NCBI RefSeq assembly: GCF_009914755.1
Contig: NC_060929.1
Origin: the human T2T-CHM13v2.0 reference genome, Homo sapiens
Reading direction: 5' to 3' (one strand)
Length of the DNA stretch: 64,000 nt
Position numbers and translations under genes: made by a program. The notes beneath the pieces are model-generated. The model did not search any database. It was not told where the DNA came from and saw nothing but the letters and a program-made list of their open reading frames with translations. Every line of letters begins with the position of its first letter. The first letter of the stretch is position 1. This document shows, piece by piece, positions 1-11,869 of this stretch.

Positions 1-772
1 GTGATATTATATATTTCCATGTGTGAGCATAGCGTATCACTTTATTTAAGATATCTGTATATGTTATAAATAGAATTTAGAATTTTACCTGTGGAAGGCT
101 TAGCATTTTGATTCATTCCTAGATAACATTTTTTTCTGATAGCATTGTAAATGGTGTTTTCTCTTTAACTCATTTACTCCTCTATTTGTTTACTGCTGCA
201 TAAAATGTTTTTTCTCACATTAAGCTGACAACCAACTACGTTGCTAAATGCCCTTAAAAAATGAGTTTGTAGATTTTCTTGCTCATTCAAATGATTTGAA
301 GAAGAAGCTCTGTTCCCCAAAATTGAAAAGGTGATCCTTCCTCTTACAAAGTAGAAACAAGTACAAAATTCACTAGATTTGTCTTAAGAGCAAATAGCCC
401 ACATAGAATATGTTTGGTAATAAGAAACATGCTACATGCATGCAAAAAAATTACAGGACCACAGAGCTAAAAATACCACATCACACATTCGGGTTTTTTT
501 GGGGGACGGGTGCTAAGTATACTGAGAGTTATAATAGAAAATATATAATTGTATTGTTAATCTGTGGCCTCATTATGTGCAAATTCAGGATTGCAAAGGT
601 TGAAAATTTCATTTTTTTAGCATTCCACAGCAATGCCTCAGTGAATATTCCTGTTTAGGGAAGCTCAATGTTTTTTCTTTGTTCTTAGGAAGAAGCACCG
701 ACATCAATCAGGAATTCATCCCTTTTTTGTGTGTGCGTCATGAAATAATCAATTTCCTGACAATGGAAATTA

Positions 773-1406
773 TGTGATATTTGACACGTTTGAGAAGGTC
801 ACACCTTTTCCTTCAAATCTGATGAATAGAAAAGAAAATACAATTGCTTTATTTCAACTACATCCAATCTTTCTCCAAGCCTTATACTCTGCTTAGCAGA
901 AAAAAAATAACAAAAGTCTAATCTGATTTAATGCTTATCTTACTTTGAAAATATAAATGAATAGTTTGTGTTCTTCCTTCAGTCTGCTTTGGGTAAAAAT
1001 GCTCAGTCCCTTGGGAAACCAATCCTTGCTTCTCCTTTGTCTTAGATCCTTTTTATATAATGTTAGCAAAGCAAAGAAAAGCTGGGATTCTCTTCTGCCA
1101 TTTGTGATCTCTTGAAGTATCACTTGTTGCCCTGGTTTCTGCTATTCTTCTTGGCATTTGAGGCTGACGTTTGATCTGGTTTAACTCATAACCTGTCTTT
1201 TACTGCCTCCTCATTCTCTCAACTCAGCCTATGTTCAACTCTCCCAGTGCCCTAGGCTCCTCTCAACTCAGCCTATGTTCAACTCTCCCAGTGCCCTAGG
1301 CTCCAGTGCTCTGATGACGCCCTTCCAATCTCAGCTCTGGTGGTCCTCTCTATAGCACTAGACACAGAGCCAGTTCAGCCTCAGTTTTGCAATTCCTTCC
1401 GTCACA
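773..1406 (-). mobile_element. Possible ancient LTR relic (family unassigned)
   Basis: Minus strand begins TGTGA and ends TCACA (short terminal inverted repeat), with AATAAA about 75 nt before the 3' end. No convincing TSD. Confidence 0.25.
1217..1304. repeat. Perfect 44 bp tandem duplication (2 copies)
   Basis: TCTCAACTCAGCCTATGTTCAACTCTCCCAGTGCCCTAGGCTCC at 1217-1260 and 1261-1304. Confidence 0.97.
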
Positions 1407-1596
1407 TTTTTTGGACAATTACTTGAATATTTCTGAGAATATTTTACATCACATAAGCAACTAGGGAGAACAGATCAACCTCAAAATTCCCCTCTCCTGA
1501 TGATTCATGGCAATGCTCTTAGAATAAGGACTTCATAAAGGAGACTATCTAAATACTAACATTAGTAAACAAATAAAAATTAAACATTAGTTATTA

Positions 1597-2044
1597 TATG
1601 TGTTTCCTAGAATTGCCATAACAAAGTACTATAAGCTAGGTGGCTGCAACAATAGAAATGCATTTTCTTCTAAATCCAGAGGCTAGATATCCAAAATCAA
1701 GTAAGCAGCAGAGTTAATTTCTTCTAAGCACTCTGTGGGAGAATCTGTTCTGTTTTTTTTTCCTAGCTTCTGCTGGCTTCTTGGCAATCTGCCATTTCTC
1801 CGCTTGTGGCAGCATAACTCCAGTCTTCACAAGGCATTTTCCCTATGTCTCTGTGTCCAAATTTTCTCTTTCTGTAACATCAGCTATATAGGATTAGGGG
1901 TTCACTCTACTGTAGTATGACCACATCTACATTTAACTAATAACATCTACAATAACTCTGTTTAAAATAAGGTCACATTTTAAGGTACTAGGGGTCAGGA
2001 TTTCAACATATGAATTTTAGTAGAACATAATTTAACCTATAACA
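1597..2044 (-). mobile_element. MLT1B/C-type MaLR solo LTR
   Basis: Minus strand starts TGTTATAGGTTAAATTATG...AATTCATATGTTGAAATCCTGACCCCTAGTACC...TGTGACCTTATT, matching the recalled MLT1C 5' end. Confidence 0.8.
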
Positions 2045-2089
2045 GTCCAGTCATTGTGGAAGTTCAAGTAAATAATCATAATATTCAGA

Positions 2090-2250
2090 CAGTAGGAGGA
2101 AACATTTAGAGGTAATGGATATGCTTATGCCATAGATTGAGGTGAGGCTTTCATGGATGTATAATTATTTTGTATACTCCAAACTAACTAAGTTGCTAAA
2201 TTAAATATTCATATCTTTTTTATGTCAATCATACCTCAATACAGTGGTTT

Positions 2251-2253
<3 letters not shown>
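2090..2253 (+). mobile_element. Old L1M (L1MD/ME-like) 3' end
   Basis: GGTAATGGATATG...ATGTCAATCATACCTCAATACAG resembles an L1M 3' terminus. Confidence 0.6.
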
Positions 2254-2291
<38 letters not shown>

Positions 2292-2298
2292 ACACACA
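2254..2298. repeat. (CA)n microsatellite
   Basis: Direct observation. Confidence 0.97.
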
Positions 2299-2420
2299 AT
2301 GAATGGCCAGTTAATATTAGTAAAGATTGGCAACATCAAGTGTTTGAGGATATGAATAAACAGGGAATTCCATATCTGATTTATGAGAGTATAGCTTGGT
2401 ACAATCTCTTTGAAAAGCAT

Positions 2421-2646
2421 GAAGACCTAAAGAGAAATACCATTCAACCCAATAATTCCGTTACTGGGTATATACCCAAAGGAATATAAATTTTTCTATT
2501 ATAAAAACATACGCATGCATATGTTCACTGAAGCGCTATTCACAATAGCAAAGACATGGAATCAACCTAAATGCCTATCAATGATCTATTAGTTGAAGAA
2601 AATGTGGTACATATACACCATGGAATACTATGCAGTCACACACACA

Positions 2647-2681
<35 letters not shown>

Positions 2682-3030
2682 AAACGAGATCATGTTCTTT
2701 GCAGGGACATGGATGGAGTTGGAGACCATTATTTTTAGCAGACTAACACAGGAACAAAAAAAAAAACACAAATACTGCATGTTCTCACCTATAAGTGGGA
2801 GTTAAATGATAAGAACACATGGTGACATAGAGGGGAACAACACACACTGGAGCCTTTTGGAGAGTGGAGGGTATGAGGAGGGAGAGGATCACAAAAAATA
2901 ACTGATGGGTACTAGACTTGATGCCTGGGTGATGAAATAATGTATACAACAAACCCGCATGACACAAGTTTACCTAGGTAATAAACCTGCATTTGTACCC
3001 CTGAACTTAAAAGTTATAGAAAAGAAAAAC
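2421..3030 (+). mobile_element. 5'-truncated L1PA13-16-like 3' end inserted into an older L1M
   Basis: ORF2 C-terminal remnant ([13 protein letters not shown]...WMELETII), L1PA 3'UTR and A-rich tail. Possible TSD GAAAAGCAT/GAAAAACAT. Confidence 0.88.
2637..2684. repeat. Compound (CA)n-(A)n microsatellite inside L1
   Basis: About 12 CA units followed directly by about 25 A. Confidence 0.95.
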
Positions 3031-3091
3031 ATCTTGGCAATAAGGATTTAAGTTGAATGCATGTATACAGAAATTCGACTTCAAGATATAT

Positions 3092-3447
3092 ACAGTTGAT
3101 TCCCACTTACGATGGTTGAACATCTGATTTTTCCACTTTATGATGATGCAAAAGCAATAGGCATTCAGTAGAAACCTTACACAGAGTACTTATATAACCA
3201 TCCTGTTTTCACTTTCAATACAGTATTCAATACATTACATGAGATAGTCCACATTCTATTAAGAATAGGCTTTGAGTTAGCTGACTTTGTCTGACTGTTG
3301 GCTAATGTAAGTGTTCTGAGGACATTTAGGCTAGGCTATGATGTTAAGTAGGTTAAGTACATTAAATGCATATTCAACTTAATAATATTTTCAACTTGTG
3401 ATGGATTTATCAGGACATAACCACATCATAAGTCTACAAGCATTTAT
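3092..3447 (-). mobile_element. MER47A (TcMar-Tigger MITE)
   Basis: Reverse complement matches the recalled MER47A consensus (CAGTAGAAACC, AATAGGCTTTG, TAGGTTAAGT, TTTTCAACTT...GATGGATTTATC). TA-flanked. Confidence 0.85.
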
Positions 3448-3449
3448 AC

Positions 3450-3945
3450 TCAAATAATGGGAACTTGTGCTAATCAAAATACATGTCAATAATTTAAATA
3501 ACAGCTTTATTTATTATACTTTCTAACTTAAAGCAGCACATATGTCCATCAACAAGAAAACTGATTAATACATTGTAAATTAATCGTACCACAGAATACT
3601 ATATACCAATGAAAATGAACCAACTATTGCCATAAGCAATAGCTTGGATGACTTGCTCAAATAAAATGTTGAGTAAAAGAAACCAGATGCAAAAGAGTGT
3701 GTCTGTATGATTTTTATACAGAATTCAAAAATAAGCAAAATTAATTTAGGCATTTAAAGGTTAAATTTGTAGTACCTCTGGGCAAGAAAACAGGAAGTGA
3801 TTAGAAATAGACACAAGAAGTACTGGAGTGCAAGGAGTTTCTCTATTTCTGAATCTAGATAGCAGGCACAGGAGTGACATCACTTGTGATAATTAATGAG
3901 GCCTACTAATAATAGCTTTTTTCAGTGTTAATCTTATTAAAGAAA
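3450..3945 (+). mobile_element. Old L1ME/MC 3' region
   Basis: ATGTCCATCAACAAG...GAATACTAT...GCTTGGATGA...AAAGAAACCAGATGCAAAAGAG, typical decayed L1M ORF2 end and 3'UTR. Confidence 0.6.
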
Positions 3946-4630
3946 GCATGATAATTAGGGTGTCTGTGAAAACTCTAATGATTGTAGTAAAACCTGATAA
4001 AACCTGTAAGTTTTTAAAGGAATTTTAGATTTTACAAAGTAAATGTTGTTTGCTTTTTAAGATGTATTATTTTATGAAATAAGTAATTTTAATTTAGCTA
4101 GTTTTATGGGATAGCACCTGTAGGAAATTTTTAAAAAACTGATAAAAAATGTTTATGCCTATGTACATGTTTTCAATGTTGTGTTTCTACATTGTTTTAA
4201 TTAGCCAAAATATTTGTACTCTTTTACTGATTTTGCCTTCCACCCACTTAACTGAAAGAAACATTCAACATACGTTGAAGGCCTACTCACATTAGCTGTA
4301 TACATTTGCTTTGATCTCTATTTCATGGAAATGCAAACTGAGAGAAGTACAATAAATTGTTTACCAACTACAATAGCAAGGAATGGAGTCAGTTTGGAAG
4401 CCAGATCTGGATTCAGAGCCTGAATTACCTCACCATATTATGCCATCTCTGAATTCCCAATACCACAATTCTTACACTACATTTTTAATTATAATTTTAA
4501 AACTCAATATCTCTCCCTTTTTAAACTCCAAGCTTTTCTACTGCCTAAAGCATGTCACAATACCTTCACAGAAAGTAGATAATCATATATATTTGTTGAA
4601 TTAATGATAGAGCATAAAAATAACCCTTTA

Positions 4631-4635
<5 letters not shown>

Positions 4636-4683
<48 letters not shown>
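4636..4683. repeat. (CA)24 microsatellite
   Basis: Direct observation. Confidence 0.97.
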
Positions 4684-4685
<2 letters not shown>

Positions 4686-5792
4686 TTATACTGCCTGTTG
4701 GTGAGCCTTCCAAAGTCCAAACAGCAACCTAAGCTTATGATGATATTTAGACAGAGGTATCTTCATAGTTTTTGAGTTTGTTTTTTTTATTTTTAATTTT
4801 AAACTATTCAATTAGTTTTCAACTACTATATTAGCATTTATAAAATTTAGAGACGTCTTGTTTTCTTATCAATATTGTAAAATCATTTCATCACATATCA
4901 ATAGTAAATATAGGTCTACTATATATTATAATTAATATTGAAACTAAAACACAATCAGTGAAAGGATTATAATTATTTTGGTATATTTTTGCTGTTTTCC
5001 TTGTTAATGTTTTGTTTCATTTTCAGGTACCCATACCTATTTAAATGTTAAGATTTCTTTATTCTCTGATCAAACATGAGACCAAAACATATTCCCAAAT
5101 GAAGTATGAATGTTGGCAGGGGATCAATATTCCTAATTTAAAAATAAATCATAGGGATAAAGTAGAATGAGCCATTTCCTTTAACTAATAAAATGAGACA
5201 AGGTGCTCTATTTTCTCGATGTCTGCTCTTGTAAGGGTTAGAGCTAAAGTAAAATAGATTGAGCTCTTTTGCTATAAGTATTAGGAAATATTCATAGCAG
5301 TACACTTCTAACATAGCATGCTGACATGTTGACCTGCCATATTCATTGGCAAGTGTGAGTACTCAAGTGCATCACTTACCTAGTTCTTTCTGATGTTTTG
5401 CTTTTTACAGAAACGACTACCACATTATCTGTAAGAAAAAAAAAAGAAATCCACATACTTCAGTTCACTCCTTTAAATTCAATCTAGGCTTATAACGCAG
5501 TCTGCTTTTGAAAATGAGTTTTGTCCAGTGTTCCCTGAGTTCAGCCTTAAAGCAGAAAAATACTCACGTATTGTTTTTATACAGATTCTGTTTTCTCCCA
5601 AATTTCAAATGGTTCTCAAAGGAAAGCAAGTTTATAAAAATGCTACCTATATCCACCAACACAGGTCATATTTTTTTCTTTTAAAGTAAAAAAGAAGATC
5701 TGGAATGTCTGCCAAGCTATTCCAATGCATGTTTATTAAACATTATAGTATCTTTCTAGCTTAGGCTCTGGATATGCAAAAAATAAAGAGCA

Positions 5793-6168
5793 CAGATTCT
5801 CCTTGACTTCTGATGGGATTCTTGATCTTGATAAACACATTGTAAATTGAAAATATCTTAAGTCCAACGTGGGCATTTTGTATACGTGATGGGAGGTAAA
5901 TGTACAAAACACAACTTAACACAACACAACGAAAAAACATTGGTAGTACAGGTCACTGTGGTGTCAGTTGTTTACCCTCATGACCACATAACTGACAGAA
6001 CTATGGCTCATGGCTGCTGCCCAGCAATAGTATTGTACTGCATGTTGGTAGCCCTGGAAAAGATGGAAAGTTAACATTTAAAGTATGACTTTCACTGAAT
6101 GTATATCACATTGACACCATCATAAAGTTGAAAAATCTTAAGTTGAAACATCATATGCCAGGGACAGT
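5793..6168 (+). mobile_element. MER47B/C (TcMar-Tigger MITE)
   Basis: Starts CAGATTCTCCTTGACTT and ends CATCATAAAGTTGAAAAATCTTAAGTTGAAACATCAT...GGGAC, matching MER47 termini. Its internal part differs from MER47A. Confidence 0.8.
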
Positions 6169-7237
6169 ATTATTTACCACTGTTTCCTCCATACTCTTCC
6201 CTCCATTGTTAAGTATTTTGGGGGTGTGGGTCTCAGAAGATATTTTAAAGTTGGAAAAAAATAATAAAATGTATAAAGTAATTTTCAAAAATCACTTGAT
6301 AGAAATTTAGAAGAATTAGTATATATTATGGGAGGCCTTCCTTGTGAATGAAAGATAAATAAGGACATACCACACTGTCTACTTCGGAGCAACACAAACA
6401 CATATCTCAGGCTGAACCCTAATTCTTTCTTTCTAAAAATCCAGAGCTATGTTTTTCATTCTCTATGTACAGCTAAGCCTTTCTTCCAACTTTTGGAGTT
6501 TGTTTTACTCTTTGATTATATATTGAGTAACAAATTTCCACCTAGCTCATCCTTGATCTCTCTTTCAGATAACTTAAAAAAAATAGATAAGAGGAAAGAA
6601 GGAAGGAAAGAATAAAAAAAGAAGGAAGGAAATAGGAAAGCTCTTTAATTTTATCAATTCTAATACTATTGTGGAGGAACAAGTAGTGAGTATAACAAAA
6701 ATAAAACTTAGATGTGCAAATGATACAAGATTTTCAGATATTTTAGAGAGTTCTCATTGTAATTACTTTGTCATTTGTTTAATTTTTAAAATTTCATCTT
6801 AGCAATACCCTCCACTATGTTTGGGTTACTTATTCTTAAAATCCTGGAATAATCTTCAGGACATTTGACAACGTAATAACCGTTATTTTATGGGCATCAG
6901 CCAATCAGGACACATTACAGCTGCAAACAGTTGGATGTGTTACTTGGTGTATGCAGCCCTGAAAGAACTAAAAAAGGATAGCATGCTCCTTCTCAGATAT
7001 GGGTCACACCAACCTCAATGCATATGTTCTTTTATGAGGAAAAGACCACGTACAATCTTCTCACGGCTAAGGTAGGTTAAAACTGTCCTAATGCCAGTAG
7101 TTAACACATTGGTTTTAATGTGCCAACCAGTATTTTGTTCTCAGCTTGGATAATTCATTTTTTATACTCTTCTCAACCTTGAATCTTATCAAGCCAGAGA
7201 TCTGCTCTACTTGCATGTTAAGAATATTAGGACCAAG

Positions 7238-8856
7238 GTTGCCCAAATTAGCACGTCGAATAGCAAAATCAGCCAGAAAGCAGGCTGAAAAGCATTAAAT
7301 GTTTCATATAGGTGAGTTTTTAAATCATTTAATTTCTATAGAAAAATTTTATTCACAATTTAATGTGACAGAAATTGCCACAGGAATGATATACTGATTG
7401 CAATAAGGTTGCATGCAGCGGCAACTTTGTATTTTATAGCTATTTTTGTTTATAAAAATTAAACCTCTCCAGTCATGCTTATCACATGGTCTTAGATTTA
7501 TAATGTAAGTGAATAAGGAATACCATCTAGTTCAAAGAGAAAATGTAATTTTGAATATGAATTATCTGTATGAAACATGACGCATACTACTGAACCCTGA
7601 AACATGCATGTCTAGATTTGCTTTTTGTCCAAATCCAGCCTGTTTGCAATCACTTCCTACTCATCTAATACCAAGAGGATCTGTTTGTAATTGTGGTTGT
7701 GTCAGCTGAGGTTGCAATGGTGGCAGCAACTGAAGTGGTACCATTGGTTCCACCAACTCTCCTGGGTGTGAAGGTGGTGGAGGAGCCACAATATTTGTCA
7801 TTTCTACAATTTCTCCATTTTAAAAGAAAAACTGACACTGCTGAATGAATGTTTCAACAACAGATTGACGAATCTTAGTAGTAGACTAAAAGCCCAGTTA
7901 AGTATTTTATAATTTCAGGCTACTGAGGCTATGTTTGGGATGTCATTTGAAAGAAAGAAAAAATACACTTGACATATTTCACATTTATGTACCTTCATCT
8001 TTACTTTCAAGTAAACCTGTGGATGATTTGATGAGAGATAAATGAACCTATTTCTTTTACACACATACCCAGGACATGCTTGTGGCTAAAGTGAGTTGAT
8101 AATATTGTTCAAAGGATAGTTGACACCAACTCATTTCTTTATGGTCCGTAATGAAATAAACATTTTGTATACTGTTAATTCTGTAAACAGATGCATGTTC
8201 AAAAGATCTATGATGGTCTTGTAATCTTAATCTATTTTAGATATTTTATTTTTTTCTCTCTTGGGGAACACATTTAGTATAGTATAGAAAATACTTCATG
8301 ACATTTTCATATAAGGTTATATAACTTTTCATACATAAACATGAAATTTGTTGTAGAAAATTCTTTAAACCAAACACTTAAATCTAGGACTTCAATTTAA
8401 TTTGTTCCTTGAATCTATTTTTATATGGCCCTTAAAAACATATCCAAAAAACCCATTGCTAATATAGCAATAAAAATACTCTGGGTACTGACAGACTCTT
8501 TGGACTATTTATATTATAAATTTGTATTCATGTTATTTTCTGTGATGCATTGTACTAAAATCCAAAATGGCTTTTGCACCATTTTTAAGCCAATTTTTTC
8601 CTTTGATGTTGGTACCAGAATTACTATAAATGACTGCTGCTTTTGGGGGTAAATATTTTGTTAGTGATGATGAAAACAGAACACTAAATTATGGATAAAA
8701 TTTTCAGAATAGGTGGCACAGGTAAATTTCACTAGGTTATATTTTGTGTAGTAAAGAAAAAAATTATTTGGTCAATGTTATCTTAATTCAGACTACAATT
8801 TTAAGATAATCTTATATGTATTATAGTAAATGCATGATTTTTCAGATTAAATAAAA
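7238..8856. pseudogene. ARHGAP5: Processed, 5'-truncated and 5'-inverted retrocopy of ARHGAP5 (p190-B RhoGAP) mRNA 3' portion
   Basis: Minus strand 7885-7661 encodes the recalled ARHGAP5 C-terminus, followed by 3'UTR down to about 7238. Plus strand 7886-8856 is 3'UTR-like and ends in an A-rich stretch. Flanking TSD AAGAATATTAGGACCAAG (7220-7237) / AAGAATATTAAGACAAAG (8857-8874). The symbol refers to the parent gene. Confidence 0.88.
7661..7885 (-). pseudogene. ARHGAP5: Disabled ARHGAP5 C-terminal coding fragment (75 codons)
   Basis: Translates STTKIRQSVVETFIQQCQFFF*NGEIVEMTNIVAPPPPSHPGELVEPMVPLQLLPPLQPQLTQPQLQTDPLGIR*. The recalled parent reads ...QQCQFFFYNGEIVETTNIVAPPPPSNPGQLVEPMVPLQLPPPLQPQLIQPQLQTDPLGII. 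In-frame TAA at 7820-7822. Confidence 0.9.
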
Positions 8857-10410
8857 AAGAATATTAAGACAAAGGAAGTACCTAGAGCCTGGAGGTATAT
8901 TTTACTGTGCATAGTTACCTATAAGACCAATGAGAATTAAAGTAGGAAAAGTAGTTTTTTTAAATAATCAAATGCTGAAATTAAGATGTAAATATCACTG
9001 CTAACTGGCATTCGGGAGTACAACACTTTACAAAAAGAAGGAAAGGACAACACCTTTGACTTAAAGTTTTGATTTAGAAAGTTAGCTTACAACCTCATTA
9101 AAAAGGTCTATAATATTTTAGAAAGCTTCCACCATTTTGTGAATTGATCTAATGCTTTTACATTTAGAAGGTTAATTTTCTGAACTTTTCAAGAGCATAG
9201 CAGACTGCAAACAGTGTGAACTCTGAGATTACCAGTCAATTATCTTAGTATTAGTTATTTGTCTTCAGATACGAGTGATGGAATAACAACTCAAATTACC
9301 TGAAGAAAAACCAAAGATTTTTTTTTTTCTTAGTAGCAGGAAAGAATAGTGGAGCAGCCCACAAAACCAGAAAGAAGAAAAAAAATAAGACTTCAGATAC
9401 TGGCAATGTGATTATGGGATGAATGCTACCAGGACTTTCTTATCTCTTTAACTTTTTACTGGATTTCATTTTGTACATAAGGCTCCTCCATATTATGAAA
9501 AAGGGCAACTAACAATAACCCTATCATCTTTTACTTAAAATCCAAGGGAATTGAAATTCTTCCATATTCAATTACAAAATTATGGGAAGGACTCAAATTG
9601 ACTTGCCTGGGTTACATGTGTGTCCTTGCAGTGGATGTATGCAATTCAGAGAGTGTATTCCAGGAATACATAGAAGACATGGTATTTCTCAGATATGTGC
9701 AGTACTCTTAGAAGAAAAAGGAAAGGTTAATGTCAGCACAAAGGTGCCTGAAGACAAACACACTCAGTAGTTACCAGAATTTAATTCACTCCTGAAGCTC
9801 TCATGTAAAGGTAAGTGTTTCCAGTGGGGGATGGCCATGTCGGATGCAGTGCAAATAGCATCGTCTGACACCAGCATAAAGAGCAGTGAACTGGAAATGG
9901 GATCATGTAGCAACGGTTTCTGAAATTTTTTTGTTCTTTGCAGAATTGGCAGCAGCGGTAAAAATTTCCACCTCTTAGTGAGGCAGAGATTTTTCAGTGG
10001 GTAGAATCAGTAGAAAAATACATGGGTAGATTTTGTGCCATCCCAATTATAGAATAATAGATGTGTGTACCAGGAATGAATGTTTGAGCCCATGAGGATG
10101 TGTGTTTTGTGTTGGAATCCTGTATTCATTCACCTGTGTCTTTGGCATTTTATGCTCTCCTTGAGTGGGAAAGTATATCTTAACATAGATTCTGCCATCT
10201 CCCTAAAAGGGCAGACTTTATTTTCACTTAAATTCTTCATATGCAAAGTAACACACCTAGGCGCATGATAATTGTAGGAGCAGCAAAAATGGAGAAGTTT
10301 TATCCTATAAGAACTCATAGACTCACGTAGCAGTCCTACACCTCCCACCTCCAAACCCCAAATATATACAAAAAAACTACATTATAGAGTGGCAGAGTAT
10401 TTGAAATACC

Positions 10411-10696
10411 AGGCCAAACACTGGCTCATGCCTGTAGTCTCTACGCTTTGGGAGGCCAAAACAGGGGGATTGTTTGAGCCCAGGAGTTTGAGACCAGCCT
10501 GGGCCACGTAGCGAGATCTCCTATCTCTACAAAAAATAATGAAAAAAAAAAAAATTAGCCAAGCATGGTAGTCTTAGCTGAAGTGGAAGGCTGAAGGTTG
10601 AAGTGGGAGGACTGCTTGAGCCCAGGAAGTCCAGGCTGCACTAAGCTATGATCATGCCACTGCACTTCAGTCTGGGTGACAAAGCAAGACCCTGTC
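10411..10696 (+). mobile_element. AluJ
   Basis: Dimeric Alu with J diagnostics (TTGAGCCCAGGAGTTTGAG, GGCTGCACTAAGCTATGATC, AGACCCTGTC). Diverged, with no poly(A) tail. Confidence 0.93.
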
Positions 10697-10721
10697 GCGC
10701 ACATGTGAGTGCGCACACACG

Positions 10722-10758
<37 letters not shown>
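10697..10758. repeat. Alternating purine-pyrimidine tract ending in (TG)n
   Basis: GCGCACATGTGAGTGCGCACACACGCAAACG(TG)n. Confidence 0.93.
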
Positions 10759-10764
<6 letters not shown>

Positions 10765-10769
10765 TATCT

Positions 10770-11278
10770 GGGAGAGATTTTAAAAGAAAAAGGGGATTAT
10801 TTGAGAAATACTTTAAATATATTGTTGCATTTCTGAATCCTTTCCCTTTAGCCTTTCTGGTGAGCTTCTAATTAGCAGAAGTTAGGAATGAAATTGGAGA
10901 GAAAATGTGTAATGAGAAAAGATTTTAAAGTCAGAGAAAGCTGAGTAAAGAGCTGAGTGAGAAACTGAAGTTTCATAGGCCAAAAGGAATTTGGAAATGT
11001 TTGATAAAAGTGAAAGTAGCAGAAGCAACTATCAAAATATGAAGTAGATGTCAGGAATCCGCAGTTGAAGATCAACAGACTTCAAGAGTAGAGTGTGGAC
11101 TGGAATGGTTCCAGATGAATCAATGAATGCACAGAAGCTGCCTGCTGTTGCTGCCTTTTTTGGGGCTGGTGCCAGCCTCAGCTGTGGGGTTGAGGGCCGT
11201 GTTCCACGGGATGGAGATGGCGTAATCTAGTCATAAAATGCATGTCTCCAGAAAATAAATCCCACCATTCTCTAACAC
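10770..11278 (+). mobile_element. Possible ancient Gypsy/ERVL-type LTR relic
   Basis: Purine-rich body, 3' AATAAA followed by ...TAACA. Resembles MamGypLTR/LTR85-type layout from memory only. Confidence 0.3.
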
Positions 11279-11869
11279 AGATATGAGTAATAAGCTTTAT
11301 ATTTATAACCTTGATATATCACACAATATCGAATCACTCTAATTTAAAAGGCAAAAAGTCACTATAAGCTTTTAAAGCAGAACTTAATAAATGAGATTGA
11401 TAATGTACCAAAGCAGATTCACTTAATTTGTGTAAACATATCATATAATCCTTGCAGCAGCAGATTCAGTGTTTAATAAGAATGAGGGATATGAAAGGTA
11501 TGTAAACATTGAGGAGATAGGTGGGGGAGAGGGTTGAGGTTCAGAATCTGAGAATAGTAAAAATGAAATCTATTAGATAATGGGATTACACAGTTGACTG
11601 AAGTTTGTAATGAAGGATTAGGGCCAACTGTGTAACAAACACTATTTGTAGAACTTGGTAGAAGAAGAAAAAAATGTTTCAGTTAAGCGAAAAAACTTGC
11701 TAGTGACCTATTATTGAAATATAAGATCACACTTTTATTAACTAGAACAAATATATAAATTTCATGCTTTTCATTGATGTATTCTATCCATAACCAGCAA
11801 ACAAAATCATTACCCAATATCTTCCTTATGTCAGCATATCTTTTATAAGTATTGGTTTCTTTTAAGCAC

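Noticed and set aside
685-726. Minus-strand peptide DEFLIDVGASS resembling the retroviral protease LIDTGA motif
   Set aside because: It lacks the catalytic-motif T/S, is followed immediately by a stop, and has no supporting flanking homology. Likely chance.
5409-5425. AGAAACGACTACCACAT resembles an 18S rRNA segment
   Set aside because: Only about 17 nt with a mismatch and no extension on either side.
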